In this document: positions 7,338 through 13,659 of the stretch, piece after piece
Position numbering within the stretch: position 1 is the stretch's first letter
Layout: each line of letters starts with the position of its first letter
Source: an uncultured Bacteroides sp.
GTDB taxonomy: Bacteria; Bacteroidota; Bacteroidia; Bacteroidales; Bacteroidaceae
Direction: 5' to 3'
DNA: 24,000 nucleotides
Assembly: GCA_944321495.1 (NCBI GenBank)
Contig: CALULP010000045.1
Span: 1 to 24,000, forward strand
Made by a program: the position numbers and the translations under genes
Notes under the pieces: generated by a model
The model's database searches: none
Told to the model about the DNA's origin: nothing
The model's input: only the letters and a program-made list of their open reading frames with translations

Positions 7338-8632
7338 TGAGAAATTGTTTTGTTTTTACGCTCTCTGATAAAGATAGCTATAGGATTGCTAATTCCGCAA
7401 CAGTTAATATAAATGATTCGTCATTTTTTTGCTATACATTTTGGAAACCACGTATAGGAGGTAAAAAGCAAACATATATAACTCCGTATAGATTTTCCAA
7501 TGAAGCACTTGACTTACTCTATATATCATTGATGATTTTTTATGTCGATAGAAAGGTAAAACGTAAGGATCAGAATGATGCATGGACTCGCTATTTCGAA
7601 TTATATATGCCAGTAAAGGATGAGGTAAAATGGGAAGGTTGTAAGAAAATACTAACCGATGCTTTGAACTTTCTTACTGGAGATCATTGGATATTGCATT
7701 TCCGCAGCTGGACTTCTTTGACTGATGAAGAATACAACTATAGAAAAGGAAGACATAGGTATAGACGCTCTGTCAAGACAATAGATACAGATGTGTTTTG
7801 TATGTTATCAGGGGGCTTGGATTCTTTCATAGGGGCGATTAATTTACTTAAAGACGGTAAAAAACCATTTTTTATTAGTCATTATGGTGGAGGGAAAGGC
7901 GTTAAGAAATACCAAGATAATGTTGTAAACTCATTGTCTACATATTTTAATGTAAGACAAAAATGCTTTTTCCGTTTTTATGCTGCGGCTCAAGGTGGAG
8001 AAGAGGACACTACAAGATCACGTTCATTAATGTTCTTTGCACATGCCATTGCTATTGCATCTGGGATGAATCATCATGTTGACTTGTACATTCCGGAAAA
8101 TGGAGTTATTTCATTAAATATACCTCTTACAATTATGCGCCTCGGTAGTTTAAGTACTCGTACTACACATCCATATTTTATGGATTTATTACAACAACTC
8201 ATAACAAAACTCGGTTTAGATATTACTTTAATAAATCCTTTCCAATTTTTAACTAAAGGAGAGATGATGGCAACATGCTTAGATCAAGATTTCTTGAACG
8301 GACACTATCATAATACATTATCTTGTTCACATCCTGATCAAGGTCGTTGGTCTGGCGAGGAAGCTGGACATTGTGGTGAGTGTTTGCCATGTACAATTCG
8401 TAGGGCTGCCATTAATGCAGTGCATTTAGAGGATAAATCATGTTATCGTCACAATTATGATACCCCAACAGGTAAAGAAGTGTTGCAATCTTACAAACTT
8501 GGATTATCTAACCCTAAAGATAGTATGGCAGCAATTCAAATGTCTGGCCCAATTAAAAACAATCAACAGGATTATGCCGCTCTTTATGAGCGAGGAATAA
8601 AAGAATTAAAGGATTTTATAGATTTATTTTGA
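7337..8632 (+). CDS. qatC: QueC-like PP-loop ATPase family protein (431 aa), QatC-like
   Basis: The PP-loop is VFCMLSGGLDSFIGA at about aa 155. The C-terminal Cys cluster CSHPDQ...GHCGECLPCTIRR resembles the QueC zinc site (PF06508 family). A ~150-aa N-terminal extension is absent from housekeeping QueC. Confidence 0.8.
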   Translation: MRNCFVFTLSDKDSYRIANSATVNINDSSFFCYTFWKPRIGGKKQTYITPYRFSNEALDLLYISLMIFYVDRKVKRKDQNDAWTRYFELYMPVKDEVKWEGCKKILTDALNFLTGDHWILHFRSWTSLTDEEYNYRKGRHRYRRSVKTIDTDVFCMLSGGLDSFIGAINLLKDGKKPFFISHYGGGKGVKKYQDNVVNSLSTYFNVRQKCFFRFYAAAQGGEEDTTRSRSLMFFAHAIAIASGMNHHVDLYIPENGVISLNIPLTIMRLGSLSTRTTHPYFMDLLQQLITKLGLDITLINPFQFLTKGEMMATCLDQDFLNGHYHNTLSCSHPDQGRWSGEEAGHCGECLPCTIRRAAINAVHLEDKSCYRHNYDTPTGKEVLQSYKLGLSNPKDSMAAIQMSGPIKNNQQDYAALYERGIKELKDFIDLF

Positions 8633-9333
8633 TGGGATACCTATACGACACACATTTTCACCTCGATTTACAAAAAAATAAATCAGAGGCAATTCGTGAG
8701 ATAGAGGAGAAGCAAATATATACTATAGCAGTTACTAATCTTCCTGATTTATATAGGAAGGAATCAATTGAGATAGCAAGTAAGTATATTAGATTTGCAT
8801 TAGGTTTTCACCCAGAGCTACTTCATCTTTATAAGGAACAAATTCCATTAATGTGGGAGTTCTTATCAGAAGCACGGTATATTGGAGAGGTGGGATTAGA
8901 CTTTGTTGATACCACTCATAAAGAAGAACAAATTGCTTTCTTCAATGAACTAGTAGAAAGATGTCGATATGACAGCAGTAAGATAGTTACAATTCACTCT
9001 CGTTGTGCTGTAAAACAAGTATTGGAAATAATAGGTGATAGTTTTAGATTCAAGCCGATTCTTCATTGGTTTACTGGGACCCAAAATGAATTGCATTACG
9101 CAATAGAAAGAGGCTTCTTTTTTTCTGTTAATGGAGCAATGATGGCTTCAAAAAAGTTTAAATCCTTTTTGACATCAATACCTAAAGAGCGTTTGTTGCT
9201 CGAAACAGATAGTCCATTTACTCACTTTAAGAATACACATTCAGATGAGCTATTAAGGGTAGCATTGGCTCTTGTGGAAGAAAAAGAAGGTATAAATTTA
9301 AGGAATAATTTTAGATATTTATTATCACAATGA
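8632..9333 (+). CDS. qatD: TatD-family metal-dependent hydrolase/DNase (233 aa from the ATG at 8632; the track lists TTG at 8629), QatD-like
   Basis: N-terminal DTHFHLD and C-terminal LLLETDSPF are TatD (PF01026) hallmark motifs. The ATG overlaps the qatC stop (TGATG, 8630-8634). Confidence 0.85.
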   Translation: MGYLYDTHFHLDLQKNKSEAIREIEEKQIYTIAVTNLPDLYRKESIEIASKYIRFALGFHPELLHLYKEQIPLMWEFLSEARYIGEVGLDFVDTTHKEEQIAFFNELVERCRYDSSKIVTIHSRCAVKQVLEIIGDSFRFKPILHWFTGTQNELHYAIERGFFFSVNGAMMASKKFKSFLTSIPKERLLLETDSPFTHFKNTHSDELLRVALALVEEKEGINLRNNFRYLLSQ

Positions 9334-9422
9334 AGTCTAATAATCCTTATGATTTTTTATCCACCCTTTCCTCCCATCGCCTCAGACCGTCTCAGACGGC
9401 GTGGTTTGTTTGCGCAAAATTC

Positions 9423-9454
9423 ATTGATTATTGCGTAATATATTGATAATCAAT
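9423..9454. repeat. 9-bp perfect inverted repeat attgattat ... ataatcaat separated by 14 nt
   Basis: 9423-9431 and 9446-9454 are exact reverse complements. The repeat lies in the island/host transition zone, upstream of an orphan terminator. Confidence 0.4.
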
Positions 9455-9542
9455 ATAGATAAATTTCTTCAACGAAGACGAATACTGATGCAAACACGTG
9501 GCAGGGCAGTCTTGCAATCACATGAAGATAAGAAACGAGAAG

Positions 9543-9579
9543 GACGGCAGGAATGGAAAGATTCCTGCCGTCTTTTTTT
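9543..9579 (+). terminator. Strong rho-independent terminator with no annotated gene immediately upstream
   Basis: A 12-bp perfect stem (9543-9554 gacggcaggaat / 9561-9572 attcctgccgtc), a 6-nt loop, then a run of 7 T (9573-9579). It lies 210 nt downstream of the qatD stop. Confidence 0.75.
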
Positions 9580-9690
9580 GTTATCGTTGTTGAGCGGTAA
9601 AAAAACCGATAAAAAAACGCCCTTTCCGCTTGGTTATTAATGAATAATTTATATCTTCGCAACAGATAATAACCCTTTAAATGTAATAGT

Positions 9691-10155
9691 ATGAAGAAAC
9701 TAATGTTTATGCTGTTTACCTTGCTGATGTGGGCGGGGTGCGGGTCTGTTTCCCATTTGCCGTCTTACGGCAGTCTTGTCAACGGTGGCCTTCCCGGATT
9801 TACATTTAACGTGGAGTCATGTCTGGGGAATGCTGTCGAACGGAAAGTAAATGTTACGATAGTCATGTCGCACCGCCTGGAGCCCCAGGAAATCACCCTG
9901 ATGGGGGGCGAGCAGACTTATGCTACCGACCACATGGGCAACCGCTTCCAGGTGGGGTATGCCAACGGGCAGGCTTCGCTGATGGCAGCTCCCGGCGTGC
10001 AGAAGAAAGTGATACTGGAGGTTTGGGGCATTACCCCGAATGTCGATGCGTTCACCTTGGTAAGCTGCCGCATCAGGGCGGTGACGAAAGGAGATGATGC
10101 CGATGCAAAGATTACAGCTTTGCAATTCCATAATGTACCTATTGTCTGGCAATAA
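9691..10155 (+). CDS. Small putative lipoprotein (154 aa), unknown function
   Basis: The N-terminal signal MKKLMFMLFTLLMWAGCGS has a Cys at a lipobox-like position. The codon usage is GC-rich and matches the right-hand block. Confidence 0.55.
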   Translation: MKKLMFMLFTLLMWAGCGSVSHLPSYGSLVNGGLPGFTFNVESCLGNAVERKVNVTIVMSHRLEPQEITLMGGEQTYATDHMGNRFQVGYANGQASLMAAPGVQKKVILEVWGITPNVDAFTLVSCRIRAVTKGDDADAKITALQFHNVPIVWQ

Positions 10156-10187
10156 GTGCCAGGCATTTTTTTTGAAAACAATAACAG

Positions 10188-12626
10188 ATGATGATAATTC
10201 CGGAACAAACATCCCGGCAGCTGCCCGCCTTGCGCGAGCGTCATGTGCCGGAAGACTGCCGGGCCGAAGTGCGTGGCTTGTTGCAAGAAGTGTATGGTTA
10301 CAAAGATTTCCGTGACCTTGAGATTTACGACGACTTGTTCAAAGGCAAGGATAAGATATCCCTGTCCCAAGGACAGCTGGTGGAGCACGTTATCCGTGAA
10401 GCAGAGGCTTCCCGCGACGGGAAAGCCGATGTGGACAACATCTTGCTCACGGCGCCTACCGGCTCCGGGAAGTCATTGCTTTTCCAGCTCCCGGCCATCT
10501 ACCTGGGACGGCAATACGGCATGCTGACCTTGGTGGTTTCACCCCTGAAAGCCTTGATTGTGGACCAAGTGGAAAGCTTGCAGGATTTAGGCTACATGCG
10601 GGTGGACTATGCTTCGTCCGACTTGTCGCCCGAGCAAAAGGCAGAGGCATACCGCCGGGTGCGTGAAGGCGAAGTTGACCTGTTTTACCTCTCGCCGGAA
10701 TTATTGCTCTCTTACGACATCCGTCATTTCATAGGCGGCCGCCGCATCGGGCTGGTTGTGGTGGACGAGGCGCATACGGTCACCACCTGGGGCAAGGAGT
10801 TCCGGGTAGACTATTGGTTCCTGGGGCGTTACCTGAACAGTCTGAAGTCCGTGTTGGCCTACAGCTTCCCCCTGTTTGCCCTGACTGCCACGGCGGTCTG
10901 GAACCCGTATGGCGGCAATGACATGGTATTTGAAACCATCCGTTCCTTGCAGATGGAGCCGTGCGTGCTTTATGTGGGCACGGTGAAGCGGCGCAACATC
11001 GGCTTCGACATCCGGCAACTGCAGCCGGAAGAGGGCGAAACCTACGACAAAGCCAAGCAGCGGGTGGTCTCAGCCCGCATAGAAGGCTTCTTGGACGGGC
11101 ATAAAACCCTGTTGTACTATCCGTTTGCCGGAGGCATCGACTTGCGGCTGAAAAGCTGGGTCGGCCCGGCGGACCGCCATTGGGTGGCTTCGTACTACGG
11201 CAAGAAAGACAAAGAGCAGAAGAAAGAAATTGTGCGCGCCTTCAAGGAGGGCGAGAAAAAGTTGATTGTGGCTACCAAGGCTTTCGGCATGGGCGTGGAC
11301 ATCAGCGACATCGACCGGGTGTATCACGTGGCGCCCTCAAGCACCTTTGTCGATTACATCCAGGAGATAGGGCGTGCCGCGCGCGACAACGGCATACAAG
11401 GCATTTCCGCCACCGATTTCCATGAACGCGATTTCTACTACATGAAACGCCTGCACCAGACGGGCAATATCAGCCAGGAACAGTTGGACTTGATTCTCCG
11501 CAAGCTGGTCGAGGTCTATCGCATGAAAGGCGGGAAGCAAGACATGCAGGTGTCGCTGTCCGACTTTGAATTTGTCGTCAAGCTTCCCCGCTGCAAGAAC
11601 AAGCTGGAGTATGAGTCCGAATTGGGGCAACTCATCAAGACGGCATTGCTGTGGTTGGAAGACGACTTGGCGCAGCGTTTCGGGAGGCGGCTGATTGAGG
11701 TCAGCCCGTGCAACCTGCTTACAGAGGGCTTCATGCAGGACAAAACCGGCGATGCCTTTGCCCGTGAGTTCGGCGCTTATCTGGAAAAAGTGGAAGAGGA
11801 CATCTACAAGGTGCGCCTTGACGCCTTGTGGGAAGAGCGTTTCCCGGAACTGGGCTACAAGGAGTACAAGCAGAAGCTGAACAACGGCACCCTGCTCGAG
11901 GGCGCGCGTGCCGTGCTGGTAGGCCGCCATGACGTGCTGCTGAAGGAAGACGCCCCGGTCATCCGCGAAAAGCTGGATGCACTGTTCAAAAGCCTGACCC
12001 TGTTGATGAAAACGGCCCTGTTCAAGAACAAGGGGCATTTTGACGAGACAGCCCTGCGTGCCGTTTTCGAGGAACACCACGTGGATATGCGTCCCGCCAA
12101 GCGCTTCCTGGGCTCGCTGCTCGAATCGCGCACCGAAGAAGGGCGCAGCGTCAGCTATATCAGCAGCGCGAAGAAGAAGGAGTCCAACGAACTGCAGTTT
12201 ACCGTGACCCGCGGTTTCGACCTCCTGCTGTCCCGCTACCAGAAGATGTTTGCCCAGCGCATTGCCGGCTGCAAGGGCGACCGCCTGGTGTTCTACTGCA
12301 CCCCATTTTCCGACCTGAACATGCTGCTCAACCTCCTTTCCATGCTCGACTGCCTGTCGTTCAGCGTAGAAGGCGGGGGCAGCCCTTGCGTGGCCGTCCG
12401 CCTTGACGAGCCGGAAACGTTGCACCAGTTGCTCTCGTCGGGCGCGTATCGCAACCTTATCCTGGACGGAAATGAGCGCATCTTCCAGGAGCAGATAGAG
12501 CTGTTCTCCCTGTTTTTCGGCACGGACAAGCTGGACGATGCCCAACGCTGGGATTTCGTGGAAGACTATTTCACGGGCATGGGCGTGGATGGCCTGCGGA
12601 AGAAATACTTCCCCACGCAAAAGTAG
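10188..12626 (+). CDS. RecQ-like superfamily-2 DNA helicase (812 aa) with an unassigned ~400-aa C-terminal region
   Basis: Motif I is LTAPTGSGKSLLFQLPA and motif II is VVVDEAHTVTTWGKEFRVDY (compare RecQ DEAHCxSxWGHDFRxxY). Motif VI is YIQEIGRAARDNG. No RQC or HRDC-like signature is obvious by eye in the C-terminal half. Confidence 0.8.
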   Translation: MMIIPEQTSRQLPALRERHVPEDCRAEVRGLLQEVYGYKDFRDLEIYDDLFKGKDKISLSQGQLVEHVIREAEASRDGKADVDNILLTAPTGSGKSLLFQLPAIYLGRQYGMLTLVVSPLKALIVDQVESLQDLGYMRVDYASSDLSPEQKAEAYRRVREGEVDLFYLSPELLLSYDIRHFIGGRRIGLVVVDEAHTVTTWGKEFRVDYWFLGRYLNSLKSVLAYSFPLFALTATAVWNPYGGNDMVFETIRSLQMEPCVLYVGTVKRRNIGFDIRQLQPEEGETYDKAKQRVVSARIEGFLDGHKTLLYYPFAGGIDLRLKSWVGPADRHWVASYYGKKDKEQKKEIVRAFKEGEKKLIVATKAFGMGVDISDIDRVYHVAPSSTFVDYIQEIGRAARDNGIQGISATDFHERDFYYMKRLHQTGNISQEQLDLILRKLVEVYRMKGGKQDMQVSLSDFEFVVKLPRCKNKLEYESELGQLIKTALLWLEDDLAQRFGRRLIEVSPCNLLTEGFMQDKTGDAFAREFGAYLEKVEEDIYKVRLDALWEERFPELGYKEYKQKLNNGTLLEGARAVLVGRHDVLLKEDAPVIREKLDALFKSLTLLMKTALFKNKGHFDETALRAVFEEHHVDMRPAKRFLGSLLESRTEEGRSVSYISSAKKKESNELQFTVTRGFDLLLSRYQKMFAQRIAGCKGDRLVFYCTPFSDLNMLLNLLSMLDCLSFSVEGGGSPCVAVRLDEPETLHQLLSSGAYRNLILDGNERIFQEQIELFSLFFGTDKLDDAQRWDFVEDYFTGMGVDGLRKKYFPTQK

Positions 12627-12648
12627 GCGGAGGGTCGGGGCGCATCCG

Positions 12649-12678
12649 GCGTTTGCCGCGCGCCTGTAAGGCAAACGC
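12649..12678. terminator. Hairpin between convergent genes (helicase and GNAT); possible bidirectional terminator
   Basis: A 9-bp perfect stem (gcgtttgcc 12649-12657 / ggcaaacgc 12670-12678) with a 12-nt loop. The T tract is weak (taaagttgtatttt on +), so terminator function is uncertain. Confidence 0.4.
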
Positions 12679-13175
12679 TAAAGTTGTATTTTCTGGTAAG
12701 CCAGCCGCTCGTCCCCGTTGTCTAAGTAGATGATGCCGCAATAGCGGAACCCGTGTTTTTGCAGGATGTGTTGCAGGATGTGGTTGTCCTGGTGGGTGTC
12801 CGCGCGCAAGTTCGGCATCCGGCGGCAGCACCAGTCTATGCAGGCTGCTGCCACGCCGTGGCTGTCCTCGGTGCTTGCCAGGCGGTGTATGGTGGCATAC
12901 GGCAGGGTGTCATCCAGCCATTGCCCCCGGTAGATGCGGGCATAAGTCGGTTCTTCGCCCGGGATGAAGGCAAACGTCCCGATGGCTTCCCCCTGTCCGT
13001 CTTGGCAGATGTAGCAATTCCCGTGGGCAATGTCGTTCAATACGGTGGAGGCTTCGGGATAGCCGTTGGTCCATTGCTTCAGGTTTCCGTTTTTCCGCAT
13101 GATGCGTTTCCCCTGTTCAAAAAGCTCCATCAGGGTGTCCAGGTCTTCGTCCTTTGCTTTTCGGATGCGGGTCAT
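12678..13175 (-). CDS. GNAT-family N-acetyltransferase (165 aa)
   Basis: The size and pattern (MTRIRKAKDEDLDTLMELF...; ...IHRLASTEDSHGVAAACIDWC...ADTHQDNHILQHILQKHGFRYCG) are typical of small GNAT acetyltransferases. The acetyl-CoA pocket region is not canonical Q/RxxGxG/A, hence moderate confidence. Confidence 0.65.
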   Translation of the reverse strand: MTRIRKAKDEDLDTLMELFEQGKRIMRKNGNLKQWTNGYPEASTVLNDIAHGNCYICQDGQGEAIGTFAFIPGEEPTYARIYRGQWLDDTLPYATIHRLASTEDSHGVAAACIDWCCRRMPNLRADTHQDNHILQHILQKHGFRYCGIIYLDNGDERLAYQKIQL

Positions 13176-13365
13176 AGGTTCATTGGTGCTTTTATTGGAG
13201 ACTGTTCTGCCTGTTTGGCGTGCAAAGATAGCGTTTTTTCCTTTTTTATCCCCGTATCGTGTTTTTACTCTTTTTTTCTTTCCATGCCTGCCCGGCCGGG
13301 CATACCATTTTTATATAGTATTCCATCTTTTCGCGAAGAATCATTACAAAACCTGTACCTACCCC

Positions 13366-13409
13366 CTCCTTACCTTCTCCTTACCCGCTCCTTATCTGCT
13401 CCTTTTGTC
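13366..13409. repeat. Four tandem 11-bp units ctccttacctt / ctccttacccg / ctccttatctg / ctccttttgtc
   Basis: Read directly. The CTCCTT core recurs at 13366, 13377, 13388 and 13399, an exact 11-bp period of about one helical turn. It lies in the divergent GNAT-susC intergenic region, ~250 bp upstream of susC. Confidence 0.6.
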
Positions 13410-13555
13410 GGCTTTCGCTATGGAAAGGAAAAATAGCGGACAAAGAATAGGGAAGGTCGTTTCCCGCGGGGGGATGTCCGGCTCTGTCTTGTTTGGAAAA
13501 TAACGAAGATAACGGGCTTGAAAACCCATCAATAAGTTTTTTTAATTGAATATTT

Positions 13556-13587
13556 CTTTGTTTTTGTTGTATTTTGATATATATTTG
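13556..13587 (+). promoter_or_regulatory. Candidate Bacteroidota promoter for susC: -33 TTTG (13556-13559) and -7 TATATTTG (13580-13587)
   Basis: Both consensus elements (TTTG / TAnnTTTG) are present with 20-nt spacing, ~70 nt upstream of the susC ATG. Confidence 0.5.
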
Positions 13588-13659
13588 CAGAGTTCTAATA
13601 CTGGAACACGCTGAGAACAGTTAATCTTAATTAAATCAAACACAATCAAAGTCAAACAC

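Noticed and set aside
9431-9662. 69-aa (+) and 70-aa (-) ORFs in the qatD-lipoprotein gap
   Set aside because: They overlap each other and span a 12-bp terminator hairpin. Their sequences are low-complexity and basic, with no start context. The region is better explained as non-coding.
9334-9690. tRNA/tmRNA gene as integration target at the right island border
   Set aside because: I scanned by eye for a T-arm (GGTTCGAATCC-like) and acceptor-stem symmetry and found none. A tRNAscan-SE or Infernal run would be the definitive check.
11337-12674. 445-aa ORF on the minus strand opposite the helicase gene
   Set aside because: The plus-strand frame carries unambiguous helicase motifs. The antisense ORF is Ala/Leu/Gln/Val-rich with no motifs. 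It is the usual shadow ORF of GC-rich coding DNA.
12753-13503. 227-aa and 145-aa plus-strand ORFs overlapping the GNAT gene and the intergenic region
   Set aside because: They are antisense to a GNAT-like ORF and then run through polypyrimidine low-complexity intergenic DNA (F/L/P/S-rich translation). There is no coding signal.
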